Assembly (NCBI GenBank): GCA_046075485.1
Contig: JBJTQF010000371.1
Coordinates: 29,217 to 93,216 of the forward strand
Source: Myxococcota bacterium
Lineage (GTDB): Bacteria; Myxococcota_A; UBA796; JAJRTE01; JBJTQF01
DNA: 64,000 nt
Direction: 5' to 3'
A program made the translations under genes and the position numbers. Position 1 is the stretch's first letter. Every line of letters begins with the position of its first letter. The notes under the pieces are model-generated. The model did no database searches. It was not told the DNA's origin and saw only the letters and a list, made by a program, of their open reading frames with translations. Below are positions 48,811 through 58,653 of the stretch, in pieces.

Positions 48811-50022
48811 TCAGTCTGGAGAAGGGCCAGCAGGCTCCGGAATGGGCGAGGGATTGACGGGAGCAGCCGGAGCAGGGCGCGGTGGCACCACCGGACGAGA
48901 GCTGCTCACCGCTCTTGCCGGAGAGGGTGCAGGGGCTGGGGCTGCTTGACGGGCTTCAAAAGCGCGAGTGTCACCCAGCTTCCAGATACGCACCACCTTG
49001 TCTTCGCCGCCCGAGGCCAACAACATGCCATCCGGGCTGATGGAGAGGCTGGAGATAGCACCCGCATGGCCTTCGTAGACGGTCAGAGGTCGGCCACTGT
49101 CCACGTCCCACTTCACCACCATCCGATCTTCGCCACCCGTAAAGAGAAAGCGCCCATCGGGCGAAAAGACCATCGCACGCACGGGGCGATTGTGCAGATC
49201 CAAACGTAAGGCAATCGTATGCACGCGACAGCGCATGGTGCGACGTAAGGTCACCAATCCATTGGAGAGCGCGGTGGCCAGACGCCCCCCATCTGGTGAG
49301 ATCGCCAAGGCCGTCACGCGAGCGGGCTGGGTCGAGAAGTCAAGCTGCTCCGCCGAGGTCATGTCCCACCCCTGCAAAGAGCGATCACTGCCGCCACTGA
49401 CCACACAGGCGGCTTCGGGTGCCACTGCAATGCTGGTCACGTCGGCACTGTGGCCAAAATAGGTGGTCACTTTTTGACCGGTCACCACGTCACGCACAAT
49501 CACCGAGTCGTCTTGACTGCTGCTGATGAGATAGTTGCCATCTCCCGAAAAAGAAACGGCGGAGACCGGACCTCGATGTTTAAAGTCGAGCCACGCCTGA
49601 ATTCGCTGATCGCGCGCACTCCAGACATGCACGTTGCCATCGATGCCGCCGGTCACGAGGGTGTTGCCATCACCGTGAAAAGCCATGGTGCGAATGGCAC
49701 GCCGATGGGCCTCAAAGGTGGTGACAAGCTCTTCAGAGCCCAAAGGCCACAAACGGACCATGCCATTGGCGTCACCGGTGGCGAGGGTCATTCCAGTCTT
49801 ATCAAAAACGAGAGCCCCCACTGCCGCCGGATGGGAGTACACACGCATGGGCGAGGTAATCACCTCAGAAGGTCGCTGTGCCGGGCCTTCAGGCTGCTGA
49901 TAGATCACATCTTCTTGTGAAGCTGGAAGGGGTTCCGCCTGATCTGCCGACCAGACCGGAAAGTTGATGCCCAGCAGGGTCAGCGGGGTCACCAGCGACA
50001 AAAAGGTGCGCATGAAGATCAT
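48811..50022 (-). CDS. WD40 repeat protein with a signal-peptide-like N-terminus
   Basis: About seven repeats of GH...V..SPDG..LA(S/T)GG.D..V..W; Pro-rich tail. Confidence 0.9.
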   Translation of the reverse strand: MIFMRTFLSLVTPLTLLGINFPVWSADQAEPLPASQEDVIYQQPEGPAQRPSEVITSPMRVYSHPAAVGALVFDKTGMTLATGDANGMVRLWPLGSEELVTTFEAHRRAIRTMAFHGDGNTLVTGGIDGNVHVWSARDQRIQAWLDFKHRGPVSAVSFSGDGNYLISSSQDDSVIVRDVVTGQKVTTYFGHSADVTSIAVAPEAACVVSGGSDRSLQGWDMTSAEQLDFSTQPARVTALAISPDGGRLATALSNGLVTLRRTMRCRVHTIALRLDLHNRPVRAMVFSPDGRFLFTGGEDRMVVKWDVDSGRPLTVYEGHAGAISSLSISPDGMLLASGGEDKVVRIWKLGDTRAFEARQAAPAPAPSPARAVSSSRPVVPPRPAPAAPVNPSPIPEPAGPSPD

Positions 50023-50352
50023 AGGAGGCTCCCAAGGCTGGGGATAACTCAGATACCATCAGACTATAACACCGCTCTGCTCAGGGTGCAAAGTAGATTC
50101 TCCTGACAGCAGAATGGGGCCCCAGCTCATCACCGAGGCACTTGCTGGCTATCGGCATGGGGACGAGCAGGCTTGAGCAAAAATTCAGGGCGTCACGCCC
50201 ACACGCGCAACACGCCATACAAGCCTGTGCGCAGGCAAGCGTGTGATGCCATCCTATTCCCTCAAAGAGGTGTCAGATGGAAAACATCGCACTGCGTGGA
50301 GGACCGCGTTCAGATGGGCGAGGAGAGGTGATTGAAACAGGATGGGAACAAC

Positions 50353-50396
50353 AAAAAAAGGGGAGAGTCCAGATGACACTGCATCAGAACTTCCCC
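50353..50396 (-). terminator. Possible intrinsic terminator
   Basis: Imperfect GC-rich stem followed by T7 on the minus strand, 50 bp after the stop at 50446. Confidence 0.45.
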
Positions 50397-50445
50397 TCTG
50401 AATCCATCAAAGTGAATCCATCAAAGGTGCGGGCGGCTCAAAGGC

Positions 50446-50862
50446 TCAAGCCTGTGCATCCTCGTCGGGGGCGATGCCACCTTCGGGAGCTTCCACCTTC
50501 TTGCCGACGATCTTACCACGCACGATGTCCCACTCGATATAATCGTCCTTGGCACCGATGCGCTCCACGATGGAGGTGGGCACTTTGAGCGTGAGATAAG
50601 GAGTCTTGGCGCGGCCCGTGTAAAGGGTGATCTGAGAGATATTCTCCGGAGCCTGTTGACGGCGACGGGAAGAACGCTCGGGCTCACGGAACATCACAAT
50701 GGGCAGATTCTCAAGCAGCGCTTCGTACAGGCGTGCAGACACATTATTTGCCAGGGTCTTCTCACGCTTGGCAAACTCTTTCATGGTCAGGCCCTCACGA
50801 GCCGCTGCCACAGCACGCGCATGGAACGCTTCAATGTCACCACCATTCTTACCCTTGGCCAT
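50446..50862 (-). CDS. Small putative DNA-binding protein with a C-terminal AbrB/MazE-like domain
   Basis: LTLKVPTSIVERIG..DDYIEWDI..GKIV.KK resembles a swapped-hairpin domain; helical N-terminus; GAGGAG RBS. Confidence 0.6.
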   Translation of the reverse strand: MAKGKNGGDIEAFHARAVAAAREGLTMKEFAKREKTLANNVSARLYEALLENLPIVMFREPERSSRRRQQAPENISQITLYTGRAKTPYLTLKVPTSIVERIGAKDDYIEWDIVRGKIVGKKVEAPEGGIAPDEDAQA

Positions 50863-51074
50863 GCTGATTCTCCTCTGGATTGGTTACGGATTATCACTTT
50901 CTCATGTCTTCAACCAGTGAAGTCGTTGAGAACCGCTCTATTCTTAATCGCAGCGGGTCTTGATGTCAAGCCGGGAATCCATCCGAATGAGCAGAAATAA
51001 AAAAAAAGAAATTTGAAGGGACAAAATGAAATGACATCGGCCATCAGATTGCGTCGGGCAGGATCACTTGAGCG

Positions 51075-52412
51075 TCAACGACGAGGGGCAGAATTCTTAC
51101 GATTGCGTGGTGCCGGAGAACGTTTGTTTTCGTCTCGAACCTGATCAAACTCCTCTAAGGTGGAAATACCGCGACACTCGGCCTCCCAGCGGCTCTGATA
51201 TCCGGCACGAAGCATGGCAGTGCAACGCAGTTGTTTGAACAGCTCCAGCTCTGGATGAAGCTGTAGACGCGCTTCTAAGGGAGGCAGGGCCTGCGCAGGC
51301 TGTCCCGCAGCAATCGAAGCCCGCGCATACAGCTCCACATGCCGATTCACTTCATCAGGTGCCGGAGACATCATATTCAGCACCGTGATGGTCTGCTCAG
51401 GACGCCCCTGCTTGAGATAAAGCTCGGCCTGCGCAAGCTGCATTAAGGAAGAATCAGGGGCTCGGGTGATGGCATCACGCAAGAGCACACTGGCTCGGGC
51501 CAAGTCTTCTCGCGCCAAGGAGACTTCAATCAATCCATACACAATGTCGAGACGCTCAGGGGATCGCGCCATCAGCCGCTCAAATTGGAGCGCGGCATCA
51601 TCATATGCTCGATTGCCGAGCAACGCGCGGGCTTCTCCCAGCTCCGCTTCCAAGTCATGAGGCTTGAGCTTCAGAAGGTGTCGATAGGTTAAGAGGGCGT
51701 CGTCGAATCGCCCTTGTCGTTCATAAATCAACCCCAGAGAGGCCAGGACGGAGGTCTGATCGGGTGTCATACCCAAGCTGGCTCTGGCAGCCTGCTCCGC
51801 TGCGGACAGCTTGCCTGCCTTCAAATACTCTGTGATCAATGGATTGAAGAGGGTGGTGGCTTCTGGTCGGCCTCTCAACACCTTAGACATTTTCGCTACC
51901 AGATCGTCATGGAGGGAGAGCGATTCCATCAAATTTTTGTAATTCGCAAAGTATTCCGATGACTTAGGAGCACATGCGAAGGCTTTCCCGTATGCAAGAG
52001 CCGCATCTTCAGTACGCTGTGTACGCTGAAAGCTCAACGCAAGTCTGCCCCAAGTCTCACAATGAGTCGGGTCCAAGGAGACCGCTCTCTGAAGAGGCTC
52101 CACTGCTTCTTGGTAGCGGCTCATTCGCACATAGCTTGCACCCAGCTCTTGCAGAGTCGCCGGATTGTCAGGCTCTTGCTCCACTTTTACTTTGAGTACT
52201 TGGAGGGCTGCATTAGGATCACGCACTGATAAAAAAGGATCGTCTTCCGGCTGGGGGGGTGGAGCACTGGTACACGCCATGAGGCCCCCCAATAGCAGCC
52301 CCAAACTCAGCCCTAAATTTAGCCCCAAACGCCGCCCCATTTTCGGCCAGGACTGCGATTGTATGGTCCCGTAAGGCCAGCTCTGCCTGCTCATGGATCT
52401 TCCCTTCGTCAC
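51075..52412 (-). CDS. TPR repeat lipoprotein
   Basis: LMAC lipobox; many TPR motifs. Confidence 0.85.
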   Translation of the reverse strand: MTKGRSMSRQSWPYGTIQSQSWPKMGRRLGLNLGLSLGLLLGGLMACTSAPPPQPEDDPFLSVRDPNAALQVLKVKVEQEPDNPATLQELGASYVRMSRYQEAVEPLQRAVSLDPTHCETWGRLALSFQRTQRTEDAALAYGKAFACAPKSSEYFANYKNLMESLSLHDDLVAKMSKVLRGRPEATTLFNPLITEYLKAGKLSAAEQAARASLGMTPDQTSVLASLGLIYERQGRFDDALLTYRHLLKLKPHDLEAELGEARALLGNRAYDDAALQFERLMARSPERLDIVYGLIEVSLAREDLARASVLLRDAITRAPDSSLMQLAQAELYLKQGRPEQTITVLNMMSPAPDEVNRHVELYARASIAAGQPAQALPPLEARLQLHPELELFKQLRCTAMLRAGYQSRWEAECRGISTLEEFDQVRDENKRSPAPRNRKNSAPRR

Positions 52413-54341
52413 TCATGGGGTGGGATGAGTCGCATGCTTTTGAAGAGGAACCGGAGAGACTGGACGCCAGAAAGGTGGCTGTCCTTCTCGACGCTGTGCC
52501 ACTTCCAGGGCCCCCAAGAGTCCCACCAATGCATGCTGATTAAAATCAATCCGAAGATGATTGTCTACCAAGCCTGCTCGAAAGCCGCCATAGGTTTGTG
52601 CGGGCCGGGGAAAAAAGAATGCATTCCCTGCATGAAGCTGCTGCTCAAGCTGATGTCGCGCCGCAAACAATAAGCCCTCCTCCAAATCCAAAGCAGGGGT
52701 CTTGAGCTGCCATGCCACTCGAACCGCTGCACTCAAGGCTTCACTTCGCGCACTGGCTCTCGTGGTACGGGGTATGTCAAGGTCTCGTCGCCAAGCCCCC
52801 ATATAGTCGGGAAATGGAGGATGATTGGGGGGATACTGACTGCGCAGATATGTGCGTGCCCACGCAAGACAGAGCTGTCCATACTCATCGCCTCTCCCCA
52901 AGAGATAGAGCTGGGCCAAGCCCTGGATCACCCAGTGGTCAGGCTCCTTCCACGGAACATGCTGTCGCCGCTGTGCCACGGCGATCTTCTCAGCGCCTTC
53001 TAGCCAACGAGTCTCCCCCGTCACGGCATAAAGCTGTGTCAAGGCCAACAAGGTCTCTCCCGGATAATAGAGGGGCTCCTCTTGCACTTCTTCGTGACGC
53101 TGTGACGCTCCATATCCGTCAAAGACTCGCCCATGTCGGTCTATCATCTGCAACAAAAAGAGCCCCAGTCCTTCCAGGGTCTGCTCATATTCCGCACCTC
53201 GAAGGGCGGGCGGCAGTGCCACCATCGCCAGCAATGCGAGAGCCGCTGCACCCGTCGGATAACCCTTCCCTTCTTGTATCGCACGCAGCTTGCCCGCTTT
53301 ATCGGGTGCTTTTAAGTTTCGCTCCAGATGCGGAAAGGCATGGGCAGCCACGTTGAGATACTTTTCATCACCATAAAACCCATACAGGCTCATCAAACCA
53401 AAGACGACTCCAGCGTGTCTGACCATATTGTATGTGTCAGGGGCCCGATCTCGGTTGGGTTCATATTCATACTGAAACGTCCCATCGGCTCGGGCTTGAC
53501 GCATCAGCCAGTCGGCTCCCAGCTCGATGGCGGCCTGAATCCGCGCGGCGCTGAGTGCCGGGGATTTCAATAACACATTCCCTCGATAGAGCTGCTCCAG
53601 GGGCGCACTCTGGTGCAAAGATACCATGCTGAGGGTCCGAAATCGATGCAGCTCCAAGCTCGAGTCGTGCCTCCATTGTTCGGCTCGAACGCCTAAGGAG
53701 CGCGTCGCATGGCCCAAAAGGGTCTCAACAGAACGCACCCGCCCCTGCACACGCGGGGTCAGCAGCCCCTGGGTCATCACATCGGCTGGAAGCTGCCACA
53801 CCTCACGACTCGCATGGCTCACATGAAGCCCATCCACTCCCGGCTCCACAGCAAGGGCCAGATAAGGGCCCCAGCGCAAGAGGAGAGGGGACTCCCCCTG
53901 CCAAAAATCAAGCTGAAGGGCCACCTCAGACGCCCGCTGCCGCAGCGTGGCCGCGTCCGGTGAGCTCTGAAGGGCCCGCGTGGTCGCCACCCGCAAGGAC
54001 CGATAGAGATTCTGCTCACGGGCTTGTCCCCGCGCCGGTGGAACGCCCTCCAGGTAGAGGGTCACCCACACCGGTCTCACATCCCGCTCGCGGAAGAGGT
54101 CGCTGAACTCCGGGGGCACGTCGGTGGGCACTTCCCAGGTGGCTTCTAAGGGCAGCACCGCACGCACAAGCTGCACCGCCAGCTCTTGCTCGGCCGGCTG
54201 CAATCGAAGGGGCTCAGGAAGGGCAAAAAAACGACTGAGGGCATCGGGATTCACATTGGGCCACGGCCAGCGCGTGACACCTCCCCATAATAATAGTAAG
54301 AGTAGAAGTATCGAGACCACCCGAACGTAAACGCTGGACAT
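52413..54341 (-). CDS. Exported protein with an AMMECR1-like N-terminal region and an alpha/alpha-barrel domain
   Basis: N-terminal TM; EPGVDGL, F.YEY.P..D....YN.VRHAG, YYPGE..LAL, DHW and RID..QH motifs. Confidence 0.6.
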   Translation of the reverse strand: MSSVYVRVVSILLLLLLLWGGVTRWPWPNVNPDALSRFFALPEPLRLQPAEQELAVQLVRAVLPLEATWEVPTDVPPEFSDLFRERDVRPVWVTLYLEGVPPARGQAREQNLYRSLRVATTRALQSSPDAATLRQRASEVALQLDFWQGESPLLLRWGPYLALAVEPGVDGLHVSHASREVWQLPADVMTQGLLTPRVQGRVRSVETLLGHATRSLGVRAEQWRHDSSLELHRFRTLSMVSLHQSAPLEQLYRGNVLLKSPALSAARIQAAIELGADWLMRQARADGTFQYEYEPNRDRAPDTYNMVRHAGVVFGLMSLYGFYGDEKYLNVAAHAFPHLERNLKAPDKAGKLRAIQEGKGYPTGAAALALLAMVALPPALRGAEYEQTLEGLGLFLLQMIDRHGRVFDGYGASQRHEEVQEEPLYYPGETLLALTQLYAVTGETRWLEGAEKIAVAQRRQHVPWKEPDHWVIQGLAQLYLLGRGDEYGQLCLAWARTYLRSQYPPNHPPFPDYMGAWRRDLDIPRTTRASARSEALSAAVRVAWQLKTPALDLEEGLLFAARHQLEQQLHAGNAFFFPRPAQTYGGFRAGLVDNHLRIDFNQHALVGLLGALEVAQRREGQPPFWRPVSPVPLQKHATHPTP

Positions 54342-54517
54342 AGTGCCCTCAAGAAGTCTTACTAAAGGGGGTTGACTTATCATCGACTGGGCGCATTCTT
54401 GAACAGAGTGCTTATGCATGTCAACGCTGGACTCTGCCAGAGTATGAGGGACAGGACGTAACCCCCCTCTGGCTCAACGGCATTCCATCAGGCTCGCGAG
54501 AGGGGAGACATAGACGC

Positions 54518-54994
54518 ATGAAAGATTCACGAGATCAAGACGGCAATAAAGAACGTGGGGAAGAGCGTCGCACGCCGGTGGTGCGGGGGCTCGCCAAACG
54601 ATTGTTCAGCACGGGTGCCGAGGCCATGCAGATCACCGAAGAAGGTCTGCGCACCCTCGCCGGTGAGGTCTCTGCCAAAGAGATCGTCAAGGAGCTGGTG
54701 GACGGTGTCACTCGAGGCACCGATACCATTCAGAGCATCTTTGCCGGGGAAGCCCGCCGATACTTGGACACCATCAACTTCAGAGATGAGCTGGGCCGCG
54801 TGCTCTCTAACTATACCATTGAGGTCAATGCACGCATCAATTTTGTCCCGCGCGAAAAAGCACCCGAAAAAAAGAAGGGCAAAGCGTCTCGTGACACGGA
54901 GGCGGCCAAGCTCGAGGCAGAGAAGCTCAAGATCAAGTTTGTGGCCAAAGATGAGGAGATCGAAGGCCCCGGCTCAGGTGAAAGTGGAGCGTGA
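54518..54994 (+). CDS. Conserved hypothetical protein (deltaproteobacterial type)
   Basis: GGGGAG RBS; amphipathic helices followed by IEVNARINFVP and a charged tail. Confidence 0.65.
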   Translation: MKDSRDQDGNKERGEERRTPVVRGLAKRLFSTGAEAMQITEEGLRTLAGEVSAKEIVKELVDGVTRGTDTIQSIFAGEARRYLDTINFRDELGRVLSNYTIEVNARINFVPREKAPEKKKGKASRDTEAAKLEAEKLKIKFVAKDEEIEGPGSGESGA

Positions 54995-55210
54995 TCCCTC
55001 CGCATTGAGCACACCTGAAGCGCATACCTGAAGTGCCCATCAGAACCCAACATGCCCTCCCCTCTGGTACACGCCTCTTCACACGCCTATCCTATTTAAT
55101 GCCCAAAAGAGCTGCGTGCGCTGATGTGGCAGGCGAGTCTTCATCCCGTCGATGGGAGCGCTGGTTGACCGTTTCTGTTGATATCACTGGAAAGACATCA
55201 GACATGACAC

Positions 55211-56227
55211 TCAAGGTTGCTGAGCACTCTGAAGGCGGGGCGGCTCGTCGGCTGGATCACGCATGGGGATGGGCTGGCTGGAGCTGCTTTTGTCGTCTCC
55301 TGACCACTTCACTTCTTCAGGCCGAAACCGAATTAAGAGCCCCTCTTCCCGCAACAGCTTCTTCATCAGGTCGTAGTTGATATGCTCCGTTCGGGTGAGC
55401 ATGGGGCCCACGTCTCTCATCACTTGGTCAACCCCTTCGAGGGTCTGGTTGAGACGGGTCACGGTGCTGGGAAGGGCCTGAAGGGTCGGCTCCAACAAGG
55501 TTAAGGTGTGATCCAGTCGCTCCAACACGGGGGTCGTCTTGCCCACCACGTCCTGTACCACCTTTTCGGTTCGCTCCAGAGTGCCGGGCAAGCTGGCGCT
55601 GAGCCGACGCAGATTCTGTGCGGTCACTTTGATGTCTTGCTGAAGCTGAGGGTCGTCAAACTCCACCGACTCCAAGCGGGTCAGCAGGGCCTGGAGTTGC
55701 TCAACACTGCGGGTCAGATTGGCACGGTTATCTGTGACGGTACCTCGAAGCTCCGAGAGCAATGGCCCCACGTCTCGCACGTCGAGCTGCTGAAGCAGTG
55801 GCCCAAGCTGACCCATCACCTGATCGATCTCAAGACCCGCTGGGACGGAGGTCAGCAGCGTTCCTTCCATGATGGGCGGCGCTGAACGGGTCTGAGGCAA
55901 GAGCTCGACATATTTCTCGCCCAGAAGCGAACGTGCGCGCACAAGGGCGCGTGCATCCTGGCGAATGTCTGCGCTGGCATCGAGCAACAAGATGGCACGA
56001 GCCTGATCAAATTCGACGGTCAGACGCTCCACTCGGCCCACTTGAACACCCGCCACCCGAACGGCAGCCCCTTCGACCAAGCCGGCGGCATCGTCAAAGA
56101 CCACCTGGGCACGGACTTGAAATGCAATGCCCTTGAGATGACCGGTCTGCACAGCAATAAATGCGAGCACGGCCAGCGCTGCCAGCACCAAGAGACCCAG
56201 CGATATTTCCATCTTGCGACGATCCAC
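55211..56227 (-). CDS. mlaD: MlaD/MCE family protein with a long helical extension
   Basis: N-terminal TM; FDDAAGL..GA.VRVAGV.VG.V and SLLGEKYVEL motifs. Confidence 0.9.
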   Translation of the reverse strand: MDRRKMEISLGLLVLAALAVLAFIAVQTGHLKGIAFQVRAQVVFDDAAGLVEGAAVRVAGVQVGRVERLTVEFDQARAILLLDASADIRQDARALVRARSLLGEKYVELLPQTRSAPPIMEGTLLTSVPAGLEIDQVMGQLGPLLQQLDVRDVGPLLSELRGTVTDNRANLTRSVEQLQALLTRLESVEFDDPQLQQDIKVTAQNLRRLSASLPGTLERTEKVVQDVVGKTTPVLERLDHTLTLLEPTLQALPSTVTRLNQTLEGVDQVMRDVGPMLTRTEHINYDLMKKLLREEGLLIRFRPEEVKWSGDDKSSSSQPIPMRDPADEPPRLQSAQQP

Positions 56228-56229
56228 GC

Positions 56230-57015
56230 TCAGCCTTTCAGGGGAGGAGTTCCGGTCAGACGCTCTAAGGGCGAGCCGGTGAGGTTACGGGCCAAAAACT
56301 GTCGCACAATCGGGTTTTCACAGGTCCGAAAGTGATCGGGGGTTCCGAACTCCAACAGCTTCCCATGATACAACATCCCAATGGCGTCTGCGATGCGAAA
56401 AGTGCCCACAATGTCGTGGCTGATGACCACAAAGGTGATGCGAAGGCGTTGCTTCATCTCCAAGATCAGGTCGTCGATGGCATCCGCTGTCATCGGATCA
56501 AGACCGGAGTGTGGTTCATCAAAGAGCACCACCTCGGGCTCCATCACAATGGCACGGGCGAGGGCCACACGCTTGCGCATGCCTCCGGATAACTCTCCCG
56601 GATATCGTTCTTCAATGTTCTTGAGTCCCACCAGCTCGAGCTTCTCACGGGCGACTGCGCGCATCTGCTGAGCGGTCAGGCGGGTGTGATGTTTTAATGG
56701 AAAGGCGACATTTTCAGCCACGGACATGGAACCGAAGAGGGCTCCATCTTGAAAGAGCATGCCAAAACGTTTCCGTAGGTTCACCAGCTCGCGCTCGGGG
56801 AGTTTGGTCACCTCTTGTCCCAGCACCCGAATCACACCCGCGTCTGGTTGTAAGAGTCCCACGATGTGTTTGAGCAGCACACTCTTTCCAGTGCCGGAGG
56901 GCCCTACGATGACAGTGGTCTCTCCTTTTTCCAAAGCAAAGGAGACATCATCCAACACGTTATGATTTCCGAACGCCTTGCTCACATGAGAAAACTCAAT
57001 GGCTTTTTCACCCAT
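56230..57015 (-). CDS. mlaF: MlaF/Mkl-family ABC ATPase
   Basis: GPSGTGKS, FQDGALF, LSGGMRKRVALARA, FDEP.SGLDP and SHD motifs. Confidence 0.92.
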   Translation of the reverse strand: MGEKAIEFSHVSKAFGNHNVLDDVSFALEKGETTVIVGPSGTGKSVLLKHIVGLLQPDAGVIRVLGQEVTKLPERELVNLRKRFGMLFQDGALFGSMSVAENVAFPLKHHTRLTAQQMRAVAREKLELVGLKNIEERYPGELSGGMRKRVALARAIVMEPEVVLFDEPHSGLDPMTADAIDDLILEMKQRLRITFVVISHDIVGTFRIADAIGMLYHGKLLEFGTPDHFRTCENPIVRQFLARNLTGSPLERLTGTPPLKG

Positions 57016-57787
57016 AGAGCACCTCAGAGAGCAAATAATTGGCGAAAGTACACAATACAACCATCAATACAATCGCTCGATTGGCAGCACGTCCCACCCC
57101 CAGCGGTCCACGCTCGGCATGAAATCCAAAATAACAGGCCACCAATGCAATGATGATGCCAAAGGTACTGGCTTTTAGGATGCTGAAGAAGATGTCTTGT
57201 AAACGAATATAACTCAGGGCCGACTCGATAAAACCTCCCGGATCGACTTGAAGCTGCCAAATGGCGACACCGTATCCCGCAATAAAACACATCATATCGG
57301 CCATCAGGGTGAGCAATGGAAGGGTCAAGGTGATGGCCAACAAACGTGGTGTGACCAAATACCAATATGGATTCACACCCATCACTTCGAGGGCATCAAT
57401 TTGCTCGGTATTACGCATGATGGCAATGGTGGTGGTCATTTCGGTACCGGTCTTGGCAGCAATGATGGTCGCCGCAATCAAGGGGGCAAACTCTCTCAAG
57501 CCCGCTACGGCGACAAACATGCCGACCAAGCTCTGTCCCCCCAAGGGCTTAAAGGCATGGTATCCCTGAAGGGCCATATTACTGCCGATAAAGCCAGAGA
57601 CCAGCAGCAGGACAGGAAAACTCTGCACGCCCGCGCGATGACTCTCTTCGAGTGTGGCACGATAGTCAGGCAGGTGGGCAAAACCTCGCACCAACACACG
57701 CACGGAAAAGTGGGCCATCCGGCCAACATCTGCCAGGGCGTTTAAGAGAGGGGTGAGGCTCTTGGGTTCCGTCGCCTGCCATGCCAT
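57008..57787 (-). CDS. mlaE: MlaE-family ABC permease
   Basis: LREFAP, M...EQIDALEVMGVNP..YLV.PR and GVG.A motifs. Confidence 0.9.
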   Translation of the reverse strand: MAWQATEPKSLTPLLNALADVGRMAHFSVRVLVRGFAHLPDYRATLEESHRAGVQSFPVLLLVSGFIGSNMALQGYHAFKPLGGQSLVGMFVAVAGLREFAPLIAATIIAAKTGTEMTTTIAIMRNTEQIDALEVMGVNPYWYLVTPRLLAITLTLPLLTLMADMMCFIAGYGVAIWQLQVDPGGFIESALSYIRLQDIFFSILKASTFGIIIALVACYFGFHAERGPLGVGRAANRAIVLMVVLCTFANYLLSEVLYG

Positions 57788-57789
57788 AC

Positions 57790-57831
57790 GCTCGTTGCTC
57801 CAGCAGCTCTGCTCGTTGCTCCAGCAGCTCT
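57790..57831. repeat. Perfect 21-bp tandem duplication
   Basis: GCTCGTTGCTCCAGCAGCTCT twice, between the two mlaE genes. Confidence 0.9.
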
Positions 57832-57861
57832 GAAATGACCCGGTTTATCAGCGGAAGATGC

Positions 57862-58650
57862 TCATTCTATGATGCCAAAGAGGGCGCTGGACAGGAAATA
57901 GTTGGCGAGCAAAAAGAGGGTGATGCTGTAGACCACCGTATTATTGACCGCTTCTCCCACGCCTCGGGCACCTGCTCGGGCGTGAAATCCTAAGAAACAA
58001 GCCAGAAGTCCAATGATCAATCCAAAGACAGCGGTTTTGAGGGCACCGCTGGCAATATCAAAGAGTCCCAAGTAGGCGAAGAGGTCGGCTTGAAAGGCCG
58101 CTCCATCTTGACCTCCCACCCACACGGCGAGACCGTATCCACCCATAATCCCGGCGGCAGCGCCTAAAATATTGAGTAAGGGGGCGGCGAGCACAATTCC
58201 AAGCAGGCGAGGAAGCACGTGCAGTTTGAGGGGATCAACCCCCATGATCTCGGTGGCTTCGATCTCTTCTTGTGTGCGCATGGTGGCCAGCTCTGCGGCC
58301 GTGGCACTTCCTGCCTGGGCCGCTATCAGGATCGCGGTCAAGTTAGGTGCCAGCTCTCGAAAAGTGGTCAAGCCTACCAGAAAACCCAGTAGGCGCTCGG
58401 CTCCAAAGAGCTGAAAGACCTCTTGGCCATGCAGGGAGACCACCATTCCAAAGGGCCCGACCACGGCGATCACCGGCAGCACACATCTTCGCCCCACTGC
58501 GGCGGTATGGTGCAATATCTCAAGAGGATAATAGGGAGGCCGACGCAGGGTCCATAGGAGGGCACATAAAAACAGAAAAATCCGCCCTGACAGGGCCAAA
58601 AAATCCAGCAGAGGGGAGAAGAGTGAACGGGAAGCTTCCCCCTGCTGCAT
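57862..58650 (-). CDS. mlaE: MlaE-family ABC permease (second paralog)
   Basis: RELAP.LTA, GSA.AAELATM...EEIEA..MGVDP and GARGVG.A motifs. Confidence 0.9.
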   Translation of the reverse strand: MQQGEASRSLFSPLLDFLALSGRIFLFLCALLWTLRRPPYYPLEILHHTAAVGRRCVLPVIAVVGPFGMVVSLHGQEVFQLFGAERLLGFLVGLTTFRELAPNLTAILIAAQAGSATAAELATMRTQEEIEATEIMGVDPLKLHVLPRLLGIVLAAPLLNILGAAAGIMGGYGLAVWVGGQDGAAFQADLFAYLGLFDIASGALKTAVFGLIIGLLACFLGFHARAGARGVGEAVNNTVVYSITLFLLANYFLSSALFGIIE

Positions 58651-58653
58651 AGG

